A stretch of 63,312 nt of DNA, counting the filler, from Guillardia theta CCMP2712 (lineage: Eukaryota; Protista; Cryptophyta): NCBI RefSeq assembly GCF_000315625.1. It is 3 parts of 3 records of this genome, joined end to end, with 100 filler letters (N's around TTAATTAATTAA, not from the genome) between each part and the next. Parts side by side here need not be neighbours in the genome. Positions count along the whole stretch, not along the records: positions 1 to 14,950 come from NW_005434428.1; 2 more parts are not named here. One strand, given 5' to 3'. Below are positions 1-8,759 of the stretch, one piece after another; the first letter of the stretch is position 1; every line of letters begins with the position of its first letter. Below the pieces are notes generated by a model, which saw only the letters and a program-made list of their open reading frames with translations, was not told the DNA's origin and did no database searches. Position numbers and translations under genes: made by a program.

Positions 1-32
1 TCAAGTTGCCCGTTAACTTTGGGGAAAAATCT

Positions 33-233
33 TTATTTGAGCGGTCATGACGAATCCGGAGTTCGCCTCCTCGTGCAACAAATGTCCGAATGCTCAAACG
101 TTGCCTAATCGCAACCTTTCAAGCTGAAAAAAAAATCATTATTTGAGCGGTCATGACGAATCCGGATTTCGCCGCCTCGTGCAACAAATGTCCGATTGCC
201 TCAAACGTTGCCTAATCGCAACCTTTCAAGCTG
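33..233. repeat. Two near-identical ~95-bp direct repeats (33-126, 139-233)
   Basis: ttatttgagcggtcatgacgaatccgga...gcaacctttcaagctg occurs twice with few differences. Confidence 0.9.
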
Positions 234-283
234 CTTCCGTACAAAGCCGGAGAACGCCGCCTATGCCCCATTGGCCCCCTCAA

Positions 284-457
284 CTACGCCGCTTGACCCC
301 CTTATCTACGCCGCTTGACACCCTTATCTACGCCGCTTGACACCCTTATCTACGCCGCTTGACACTCCTCATCTACGCATCTTGACGCCCCTCATCTACG
401 CCGCTTGACACTCCTCATCTACGCATCTTGACGCCCCTCATCTACGCCGCTTGACCC
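284..457. repeat. ~21-23 bp minisatellite (ctacgccgcttgacacccttat), about 8 copies
   Basis: Directly visible head-to-tail repeats with small variants. Confidence 0.9.
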
Positions 458-574
458 ATACGCATCTGTGTACTTTTGCCGTCGTACTCAAGCACGCGCA
501 GCAGGCTCCATGCTGGGGCTCAGCAAGCTCAATGCTGTATATATGAACCGCACACCTCGAGAGCGCATGGGACG

Positions 575-1465
575 ATGCCCCGTACAATCTCACTGTTGCT
601 ATGCATTGCCATGATCCACGGCGCGATCTGCGGCCCATGCCCAGAGGGCACCATTGGATACGCGGGTGGGAATGAGACATATAACCTCCTCACCACGTGC
701 AATTTCGACAAGAATGCATACAGCAGCAACGACGCGACCACCGGGTGTGAATGCCAGTCCGGTCCGACAACCAGCCAGGACTGCATGATCGCGTTCGACA
801 ATGACACATCCACGGTATACAACATGACGGACGATGACTACCGATGGATGTGGTTCACCTTCATCAACATAGGGAGCGCATACATTGACAGTATCGAGTT
901 CTCAAACGGGATATATGCGGCCGACCATAGATCACAATATATAGCAAGGGTCGCAGGCTCCGAAACACTCGAGCAGATACACTACATACGCTGTCACCTC
1001 GAGGGCGATGCCATCCTCAACGGCACCTTTGTTTTCCGATGCAATGCGCGCGGCAGCCTAATACTGATACACAAGAATACCGTCAATGAGAGTGCAAGGC
1101 TATCATTCGGCGAGATCTCAAGCATCGTTGGATGCTCGGCATGCCCAAGAGGCATGAAGGCCAGCCCAAACAGATCCACATGCATCGCATGCGCGCAGGG
1201 TGAGCCGTGTGAAGTGTTAGCTGAAGCGACATGGCAACCCCCCGATGCCCCAATCATAATTCCCGATGCCCCAATCACAATTGCCACACAGGCCGCACAG
1301 GAAAGCTCGTCGGTATTCAACATCGTGATACCCATAATATGCTGCATCATAGCCTTGATGACAGGCCTATACTTGTGCCGCGTGTATAATAGCACGGGGC
1401 ACTGGCAGAGAAAGAAACCGGCAGTGATATCAAGCCATTTCAACCCGCAATACGGGTGTTTGTGA
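575..1465 (+). CDS. Intronless Cys-rich type-I membrane/surface protein
   Basis: ATG at 575 gives signal peptide MPRTISLLLCIAMIHGAICG; CxxCPxG motifs (CGPCPEG, CSACPRG, CIACAQG); C-terminal TM helix VFNIVIPIICCIIALMTGLYLC and short tail. Confidence 0.7.
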   Translation: MPRTISLLLCIAMIHGAICGPCPEGTIGYAGGNETYNLLTTCNFDKNAYSSNDATTGCECQSGPTTSQDCMIAFDNDTSTVYNMTDDDYRWMWFTFINIGSAYIDSIEFSNGIYAADHRSQYIARVAGSETLEQIHYIRCHLEGDAILNGTFVFRCNARGSLILIHKNTVNESARLSFGEISSIVGCSACPRGMKASPNRSTCIACAQGEPCEVLAEATWQPPDAPIIIPDAPITIATQAAQESSSVFNIVIPIICCIIALMTGLYLCRVYNSTGHWQRKKPAVISSHFNPQYGCL

Positions 1466-1546
1466 GCATTATAGGTGGTTTTTGATGCGCGGATGCGTGT
1501 TGTTTGAGATAAAAATCCTCACACTGAAACAATCACTGCGGAGCGA

Positions 1547-1561
1547 GCGGCCGAAGGCCGC
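1547..1561. terminator. GC hairpin gcggcc-gaa-ggccgc between two convergent genes
   Basis: Perfect 6-bp stem with GAA loop between the stops at 1465 (+) and 1582 (-); function inferred. Confidence 0.3.
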
Positions 1562-1581
1562 GATAGAGACAATTGTTTTGG

Positions 1582-2325
1582 TCATTCATATTGTTGTATA
1601 ACGTGAATAATGATTGGAATCATTGCATTGACATCGCCTTCGAACCATTCATTGCCTTCGGCTTTTGTGAAGTTGACTTTGAAGCGTTTGATGATTTCAC
1701 TTTCAATCGCCTTTACATTTCTTTTGGAAACCTCTTGGCATAGGAAGACACTGGATTTCTTTCCGTATAATGAAACTCTTTCTGGATATATCATGTTCTT
1801 TCGCATTCTACATATTGTCATGCCGATTTTGAAGACGTTGTCCTTAGCATATGCTGGTTGCACTAAGTATATAAAACCAGTTTTTCCGTCTGTGGTTTTT
1901 TCCTTTGGGACTAGTTTACAATTTTGCTTGTTTGTGTTCAGATCCGTTACTGGGGTGTCCCGTTGACCCTGTCCTGAAAACTTGAAACTTTCACATTTCA
2001 TCTGACAATCGGGGGTGTTGGATAAACCAGTTTTTCCGTCTAGGTTTTTCTTCTTTGGGAGTAGTTTACAGATTTGCTTGATTGTGTTTGGATCCGTTAC
2101 TGGGGTGTCCCGTTGACCAGGTCCTGAAAACTTGAAACTTTCACATCGCATGTGAAGAACGGGATTTTTGTTCAAAATTCTTTTCAGTATGATAGATGCG
2201 TGCTTGTTGCTGTTTCCAGTAACAGTACAGATAACATCTATTATGGAAAATTTTGGAGGTGATCCAGGTATAAATCGAAAGGATGTATATGGGGCAATAC
2301 ATGTCAAAGGAATCATTGAATGCAT
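1582..2325 (-). CDS. Bro-N-like DNA-binding repeat + T5orf172/MUG113-type GIY-YIG domain protein, giant-virus-like
   Basis: N-terminal SIIDVICTVTG...FKFSGPGQRDTPV, partly duplicated with a 150-nt period; C-terminal GFIYLVQ..VFKIGMT..IESEIIKRFK..GNEWFEGD pattern; intronless and AT-rich. Confidence 0.7.
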   Translation of the reverse strand: MHSMIPLTCIAPYTSFRFIPGSPPKFSIIDVICTVTGNSNKHASIILKRILNKNPVLHMRCESFKFSGPGQRDTPVTDPNTIKQICKLLPKKKNLDGKTGLSNTPDCQMKCESFKFSGQGQRDTPVTDLNTNKQNCKLVPKEKTTDGKTGFIYLVQPAYAKDNVFKIGMTICRMRKNMIYPERVSLYGKKSSVFLCQEVSKRNVKAIESEIIKRFKVNFTKAEGNEWFEGDVNAMIPIIIHVIQQYE

Positions 2326-2507
2326 TTGGATTGATGTTGTTTTTACTTTTGAATTACAATGAATTCAAATACTTTATTCTTTTTTAGAGAGACTTATAGG
2401 ATAAGTTATTTCATTCCTCAATACAATCGCGCACCGCTCATTCAACACACATCCACGCATCAAAAATCTCATCAAACATCACACACATCCGCGCATCGAA
2501 AATCTCA

Positions 2508-3170
2508 TCAAAAATCCGCGCAACTGCAAACATTCAGCGCCATGTTGTATTTGCAAGAGTAATCCTCAAAGGCCGGGTTCATAACGGCGGTGAAGCACGC
2601 AAGCAGCGCCGCATGGCAGAACCTCTTGTTCTTGTGTGCCCAACACTCGGGCACAAACTCATCGATGTCGATGTAGACATCGCTCCCGATAAGGGTATCC
2701 TCGATCCCTCGGATGAACTTCTTAGAATCCCTGCAGACCATGAAAAACTCCGTGGCAATCCGCGCACACGCGATAAGGTCCGTGTCCTTCCGTTCCGAAT
2801 CGGTCAGGGCCACTCTATTCCCGTCCATGTCAATCCGGCCCGAATCAGGCTTGCGCTTCTTGACGCTCAGTGTCACTGTCTTTCCATCGAGATGGAATGC
2901 ACTCCCACCCGAGAGATCGAGCCCAAACACACCGCTAGAGTGGGCCTTGGCAATCTCCTTGAACATCCCCTTGGCAATCACCCTAGATATGATGGATTTA
3001 TAGCTTGTCTTCAAAAGGATTGCATCCTTTACAGTGGTTGGGGATTGGATGAGGGTTGGGGTGAAGCTTGGGGTAGAAGTGGGAGTGGAAGCGGTGGGAG
3101 TGGAAGCGAGAACGGCAACAGGCATGGGATAGGGCTTTGGATTGGCCATGGATCGTGGCCCCGGATTCAA
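2508..3170 (-). CDS. Hypothetical intronless protein (220 aa; P/T/S-rich N-terminus)
   Basis: Open ATG-initiated ORF with globular-looking sequence; upstream repeat-rich putative promoter. Confidence 0.5.
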   Translation of the reverse strand: MNPGPRSMANPKPYPMPVAVLASTPTASTPTSTPSFTPTLIQSPTTVKDAILLKTSYKSIISRVIAKGMFKEIAKAHSSGVFGLDLSGGSAFHLDGKTVTLSVKKRKPDSGRIDMDGNRVALTDSERKDTDLIACARIATEFFMVCRDSKKFIRGIEDTLIGSDVYIDIDEFVPECWAHKNKRFCHAALLACFTAVMNPAFEDYSCKYNMALNVCSCADF

Positions 3171-3194
3171 AACAAGCTCGAACTCTCTTTACCA

Positions 3195-3535
3195 CAGGGG
3201 TTTTACTGCACACACAGCCCCCACAATAATGGTCTTTTAAAACACGTAAAATGTGATTGGTGCTCTCTAACGCAAGCACGTGCGTTTGGAGCAAAACAAA
3301 ACGGGTTTTACTACACACACGGCCCCCACAATAATGTTTTTTTATCCCCTTTCGTGCGCTTGGTGCAAAGTGTTTTTTTCTCTAACGCAAGCACGTGCGT
3401 TTGGAGCTAAGTTTATCCAAAAAAAACGGGGTTTACTACATACAAGGCCCCCACAATAATGTTTTTTTATCCCCTTTCGTGCGCTTGGTGCAAAGTGTTT
3501 TTTTCTCTAACGCAAGCACGTGCGTTTGGTGCTAA
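3195..3535. repeat. Three degenerate ~110-125 bp tandem units in a divergent intergenic region
   Basis: gcccccacaataatg and ctctaacgcaagcacgtgcgtttgg each occur three times. Confidence 0.85.
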
Positions 3536-3648
3536 GAAATCCAAACGGACATCACTATCCAAACGGATTGAAAAAAAAGATCAAATCTTCCAACGTACAG
3601 TTTTCAATTTTTTTTTCGAACGCGCGCACGTTCCCAGCAAGATCCACA

Positions 3649-4558
3649 ATGGCGAACAACTACATCTGCCATGCCCACAAATGGATCCTCAGCCACATCA
3701 GGAAGATAGATGGCCAGGGAATACTGTCCCCAGACACTGCACATCACATAGATGGCATCTATGAGCACTCAAATAGCATCATAAATGCCTGGAAGGACCT
3801 TTTGGGTGATCAACGCCTCCTCCATTGGTAACCCTCTCTAACTCCAATTTCAGAGCCACATACTGACATACCAACACGCAAGGTACCTCTTTGATCTCAC
3901 CTCGTACGAGATCAACAGGCTGCAGGAGATGATTGATGAAATCTCCATAGAAGATGAGAAGAAAGGGATCATCCAACGTTTCATCGACATCACAAGACTT
4001 GACCCAGACTCACCGATAGACCCTGTGGATGGGGAAGATTATCAATTCCATCGGGGAGAGGTATACCAATCCAGTTATCATCACACGAATAACCAATAGA
4101 CAAGGTGCTCGGGGACATACTCGACAACAACAAGGATGACTTTGAGGCATTCAGGACAGCCGTCAAGCAGGTGCCTCCCCCATTGTATGCTTCGCGCATG
4201 ACCTTCATTGCAGTTCTTTCCACAGTGCTCACAATTCCTCGCAATCAAGCACCGCACCCCGACTGAAACACCAAACAGGGAACTATCGCAGGGTCTCCTT
4301 GACTCCTGCATCGCCATCCTCAACCTATGGGAGAGGTTCACTTGGAGGCAGAGGAGGTTCCTCATCGAGGCAATCGAGATGTTCGATCCACAGATCAGGG
4401 CCGCAGCCACCTTCATCCGGATTTCCGACCCAACGATGAATGATATCGTTGACAAACTCCACATCACGGCAATCGGACTCAAGGACTGCAGATACGGCGG
4501 ACAACCTCCCCCACAGAAGAGGCAGAGGCATACCACTGGGACGAGACATCCACGCTCT

Positions 4559-4598
<40 letters not shown>

Positions 4599-4603
4599 CG
4601 TGA
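3649..4603 (+). CDS. Hypothetical spliced gene with poly-Asn C-terminus
   Basis: ATG 3649; clear in-frame intron 4171-4213 (GT...CAG) joins ...RTAVKQ to FFPQCSQ...; the upstream intron boundaries (~3830, ~4060) are not resolved. Confidence 0.45.
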
Positions 4604-4672
4604 ACGCGCACATGGCCGTCTTGTATCTTGTTCGAGTGTGTTTTTATTTTCATCTCAATGAAAAACAAAGCT

Positions 4673-4940
4673 TTAGTCGGAATCGGCGGTTCTTCCTGAT
4701 ATCAATATGTCAATGTATGATGAATTGCTTGTTGCTTGTTGTTGAGAGGGATGAGGGGATGACTGCTTCTCCTTCCTTTGCCGTTGAGAGGAGCGAGGGG
4801 CTAACTTCTTCTCCTTCCTTAGTAGTCGTTGAGAGGAGCGACGGACTGGCTGCGACTCATCCAGGGCTGGGGTGGAGCGACGGACTGGCGGCGACTCATC
4901 CGGGGCATCTAGTGATGCCCTTGGTCGCTTGGAGCCCTCC

Positions 4941-4990
<50 letters not shown>

Positions 4991-6349
4991 ACCGGACCGA
5001 GACTGCTGATCATCGCTTGATCTAAGCATCTTGCCGTGTACAAGGATATCGATTGCATGCATTCTACGCTCTCTCATCTCCTCCACTTCGGATTGCATCA
5101 ACAGGGCTTCTGCTTTGGCCTCATCTGCAGCCTTCTGTAGCAAATTATTCTGCTCTTCCAACAGCTTGATCTGTGCATCGTTCTGCTGTTTGACCTTGGC
5201 AACCTCCGACTTGGCCTTCTCTGCAGCCCTCTCCAGCATCGAGATGGAATTGGATGCTGATTCTAGCTGCGAATTCTTCGTCTCGAGATCCTGTTTGACC
5301 TTGGCAACCTCCGACTTGGCCTTCTCTGCAGCCCTCTCCAGCATCGAGATGGAGTTGGATGCTGATTCTAGCTGCGAATTCTTCGTCTCGAGCTCACGTT
5401 GAACCTTGGCAACCTCCGCCTTGGCCTTCTCTGCAGCCCTCACAAAACCATCCTTCTCCTTCTCCAGCATTGAGATGGTCTGCATCAAGTCGGATTGCAA
5501 AATTAGCTGCGCATCCTTCATCTTCAGCTCCTGCTTCACCCCATCGAGCTCACGTTGAACCTTGGCAACCTCCGCCTTGGCCTCTTCTGAAACCCTCTCG
5601 AAATGATCACCCTTGCATGGCCTTTGCTTCACCTGCTCAATATCACGCATCAGGTTTGAGATGGTCTGATGGTCAGATTCGTGCCGCTCTTTGGCCCTCT
5701 CGAGTTTCTGCTCAAGGTCGTTCCTTTGCCTCTCGGTGGTGAATAGCGTTGACAATGCCTTGAAGTACTCCTCCTGTCTCAACTTGAAGAGCTCTCGGTA
5801 CATGGTCGCAGGCTCATTGAGCTTCAAGTCGCATCTCCCATTGAGAAGGTAATCCTTTGCCTCGACTATGGTCCGGGACTCATCGCTGCAGATACCCGCT
5901 CTGGCTTTGTCCGAGTGTTTGTACTTGCTCATCATTCTGAAAGCCTGTTTGATCTCCATGTCTGTATATGTCTTGGTTGCGTCGAGACCAAGAGTGAGGT
6001 AGAAGAAGCCCTTTGTATAGTCAAAGGGGGAATCACGATCTTTGAGTTTCTTGGATGCTTCCTCCAGTTTGATTCGTGTATCTCGTAGATCCTCATTCAG
6101 ATCAAAAATGTTGTCTTTGAGATCACTTATCTCTGTTATCATAGCTTCGATGCGATTTTGTCTCTTGTCTAGGGCCACTTCAAGGTCAAGTATGTATTTG
6201 TCCTTCTTTTGCAGGTCCGCTTTCTGGTATGCATTCAGATCCTGCATTTGTTTGTAGCTTTCATCGAGGATATTGTATTGTTGATCAAGATTCAAGAACT
6301 TCTCGGAGAGAGATGTGTATTGATGCAGTAGAGAGGGGGTTGGTTCCAT
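4673..6349 (-). CDS. Coiled-coil protein with degenerate J (DnaJ-like) domain, 35-aa repeats and polyQ
   Basis: FYLTLGLDATKTYTDMEIKQAFRMMSKYKHSDK resembles J-domain helices I-II with HSD replacing HPD; repeated AAEKAKxEVAKV blocks; ATG 6349. Confidence 0.65.
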
Positions 6350-6497
6350 GGTTGGATATGCGAATGGGCACCGGAGCACCCAGGAACCGCTTTGATTTTA
6401 CTACAGGGGAACCGAGCGGTAGTAAAGATTAACCGACAACAAGCACGTGCAATCGGTTTGTCAGCATTTTTTTTAGTTTGCACCTTAGCACTTTTGC

Positions 6498-6674
6498 ACC
6501 TTAGCACGTTCTCTTTTTTTTGCACCTACAGCTACGGCGCTCCGATGCCCTTTTTTTTAGAGTCAGCATTTTTTTTACTTTAGCCCCTGTACCTTAGCAC
6601 GTTCTCTTTTTTTTGCACCTATAGCTACGGCGCTCCGATGCCCTTTTTTTTAGAGTCAGCATTTTTTTTACTTT
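6498..6674. repeat. Tandem duplication, ~84-bp unit (6498-6581, 6591-6674)
   Basis: accttagcacgttctc...gagtcagcatttttttactt occurs twice. Confidence 0.9.
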
Positions 6675-6753
6675 GGTTCAAAGAAGAAGAAAGTCTTCAT
6701 TGGAAGTGTGTAACGATATTTTTAGTCTGTCATTCAACGTACAGAATTGATAG

Positions 6754-6942
6754 TTGAAAAAAGGGATAACAGATTCACGAAAGACGTGTGTCAGAGGTTT
6801 GAAACGGTGTACAACCACTGAATGTTTCAAGTTTCCATTCGTATCCCGGGATGTCAATGCAGCAAAGAATATCATGCTATGTTTCAAGGCACTTCCTGGA
6901 AGGCCCGGATTTCTGCAAAGACCTCATCATCATCCTCATTAG
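6754..6942 (+). pseudogene. Fanzor/TnpB C-terminal remnant (Zn-finger half + RuvC-III)
   Basis: VRGLKRCTTTEC...VSRDVNAAKNIMLCF...RPGFLQR: RD-x-NAA-x-NI is the TnpB/Fanzor RuvC-III motif, preceded by a CxxxxC Zn-finger half; no RuvC-I/II or ATG upstream. Confidence 0.8.
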
Positions 6943-7060
6943 TCGTCGACTAGTGGGGGTCGTCGAGAGAAACATTCATTTGTTCGCTCTTGGCGGGTAT
7001 GCTCCCAATTGGGGGTACATACCATAGCCTATGGACTTCAAATTTGATTTAGATTCGATA
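6940..7060 (+). ncRNA. Putative Fanzor omegaRNA scaffold plus guide region
   Basis: Directly after the Fanzor stop: stem gtcgagag(6962-69)/ctcttggc(6987-94) with inner aaca/tgtt; stem ggtatg(6996-7001)/catacc(7018-23) with inner ctccc/ggggg; stem ccata/tatgg (7022-34); then acttcaa, resembling IS200/IS605-type right ends. Confidence 0.55.
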
Positions 7061-7130
7061 TTTATTTCGGATTGTCGTTTATAGGTTAATCTGTCATTCA
7101 ACGTACAGAATTGATATGAAATATAAACTT

Positions 7131-7463
7131 TCATACACGCTTTCCACGCTTTGACAACTCCTGGCACTCCCGCTCCAGCCGCTTGATGTTCTCACGGAAG
7201 AACTCATCCGTAACACTCGCAGATTCCTTCCATTCCATGTACCACCCCTCCATAACCCGAAGCTCCGAGAGCTTCTCCATCAACTCATCACAACATTCAT
7301 CATCGGCCTCACCCTCACCCTCTTCCTCACCCTCAACACACCTGTAACAAAGCCTAGGATCAACCGCAAGCCCCGGTCTCACCCCCGTAACCGCATCCGG
7401 CACGTTCATACAACATTCCTCAGCCCTAGCATCAACCCCACATGGATGGTCAAATGTAGACAT
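7131..7463 (-). CDS. Small acidic Cys-rich coiled-coil protein (110 aa)
   Basis: ATG-initiated intronless ORF bounded by repeats A and B. Confidence 0.5.
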   Translation of the reverse strand: MSTFDHPCGVDARAEECCMNVPDAVTGVRPGLAVDPRLCYRCVEGEEEGEGEADDECCDELMEKLSELRVMEGWYMEWKESASVTDEFFRENIKRLERECQELSKRGKRV

Positions 7464-7673
7464 CGCAGTTCAATCCGTAGCAAGCAAGATCGATCCAGAT
7501 TCGTTATTTATTTCGGATTGTCGTTTATAGGTTAAATGATTCTTTTTTCAAGAAAAATCAAGAAAAATCAAGAAAAATCAAGAAAAAAGAATCCCCAAAA
7601 ACGAAGGGGTCCTCCAAAAAACAAAAAAATATATCAACAACCATCCACCAAGCATTCGCCGCAGAAAAATTCA

Positions 7674-8153
7674 ATGTCCCAACAGCACATGAAGTCGCAA
7701 TCGCAATCCAAATCACAATCCCAATCCCAATCTCAAACATCCCATCAATCCATGGATATCTCACAAACTGCTTCATACGTCACAGCAGATTCATCATCCG
7801 AGATCAACTACATGACACCAAGATCGGATATATCTAGCATCACAATCGACCTAGACACAAGGAAATCACTTCCCGTATCACCACATTCATCAATGCTGTC
7901 ATGCATATCCGACGAATATGACTGCGTCATAGACGCATTGAGAGACGCAGAACTGAACGACTCCAAGAAAAATCAGCACGAGACCAATCAACAATGCAAA
8001 ACAAACACATTTTCAGAAGAAAATCACAATGACACCGCAGTGCACCAAAAGAGGCGCCGTGACGCAGCAAAAACAGGGGAGATGGCACACACACCATACA
8101 GGAAAAGAGCAAAGATGGGAAGTCCAAACACAAACTGTTGCATCATAGCATAG
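7674..8153 (+). CDS. Ser/Gln-rich disordered protein with C-terminal CaaX box
   Basis: ATG 7674 (MSQQHMKSQSQS); ends in basic RKRAK...NCCIIA*. Confidence 0.55.
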   Translation: MSQQHMKSQSQSKSQSQSQSQTSHQSMDISQTASYVTADSSSEINYMTPRSDISSITIDLDTRKSLPVSPHSSMLSCISDEYDCVIDALRDAELNDSKKNQHETNQQCKTNTFSEENHNDTAVHQKRRRDAAKTGEMAHTPYRKRAKMGSPNTNCCIIA

Positions 8154-8162
8154 ATATATATA

Positions 8163-8423
8163 ATGTCATATAATGTCATCTCGATTATGCCACCACGCAT
8201 TAATCACAGAATATGCCATATCAAAAAAATACGCATCAAAACATACGAGCCATCGCCGCAGAAAAAATTAGATGCTTTGTCACACTGCATATCCCTCCTC
8301 ACAAAAGACCCAAAATCCAATCGTCATAGGCGCAACAGGGTATCAGATATTGCTATAACCTCAACAAATATAAAAAAAGTCATCATTCAAACACAAAAAT
8401 GCATCCAACAAGCATCACAATAG
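8163..8423 (+). CDS. Small basic hypothetical protein (86 aa)
   Basis: Starts 9 nt after the previous stop; same A-rich codon style. Confidence 0.35.
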   Translation: MSYNVISIMPPRINHRICHIKKIRIKTYEPSPQKKLDALSHCISLLTKDPKSNRHRRNRVSDIAITSTNIKKVIIQTQKCIQQASQ

Positions 8424-8587
8424 TATCATTCCTCATGTTATTCGCGGTTTCGATCATTCTCACAATACTCCGAAAAAACACAACAAAAAAACGGGAAAAA
8501 CATAGTCATTCCCAAAAAAATCACATTCCAAAGCATAATACAACAGTGTATCCCTATCCAGACGACAATGAAACAGTATTCTGCTAG
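8399..8587 (+). CDS. Small single-pass membrane protein (62 aa)
   Basis: Hydrophobic ITIVSFLMLFAVSIILTIL followed by basic RKNTTKKREK; overlaps the upstream ORF. Confidence 0.45.
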   Translation: MHPTSITIVSFLMLFAVSIILTILRKNTTKKREKHSHSQKNHIPKHNTTVYPYPDDNETVFC

Positions 8588-8650
8588 ACAAATCCCGAAA
8601 AAAAAACACAAAAGTATCCGAATAATCTTCAACACAATATCAAGACAGCC

Positions 8651-8746
8651 ATGCTCAAGATAGCCATACTCATATTGATCATCATAGAGGCCACCATAAT
8701 ATCGGGATTGCTGCTACATTTGATAGACTTCGTCAGCACAGAATGA
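8651..8746 (+). CDS. 31-aa hydrophobic micro-ORF
   Basis: MLKIAILILIIIEATIISGLLLHLIDFVSTE*, below the ORF-track cutoff. Confidence 0.3.
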   Translation: MLKIAILILIIIEATIISGLLLHLIDFVSTE

Positions 8747-8759
8747 ACTCCGCGTATCC

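Larger units (their letters stand above)
6726..7535. repeat. Interleaved direct repeats A (27 bp; 6726-6752, 7090-7116) and B (39 bp; 7051-7089, 7497-7535)
   Basis: A=tctgtcattcaacgtacagaattgata is exact; B=agattcgWtatttatttcggattgtcgtttataggttaa has one mismatch. Confidence 0.9.

Noticed and set aside
284-457. CRISPR-like short repeat array
   Set aside because: Units are contiguous with no unique spacers; eukaryotic context
2613-3410. 265-aa plus-strand ORF
   Set aside because: Antisense to the more protein-like 2508-3170 ORF and runs through tandem repeats
6754-6942. Functional Fanzor nuclease gene
   Set aside because: Only ~60 C-terminal codons remain; in-frame stops directly upstream and no RuvC-I/II or plausible upstream exons
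1-8750. Complete Polinton-like virus or NCLDV provirus call
   Set aside because: No capsid, packaging ATPase, protease or DNA polymerase gene recognisable inside the window
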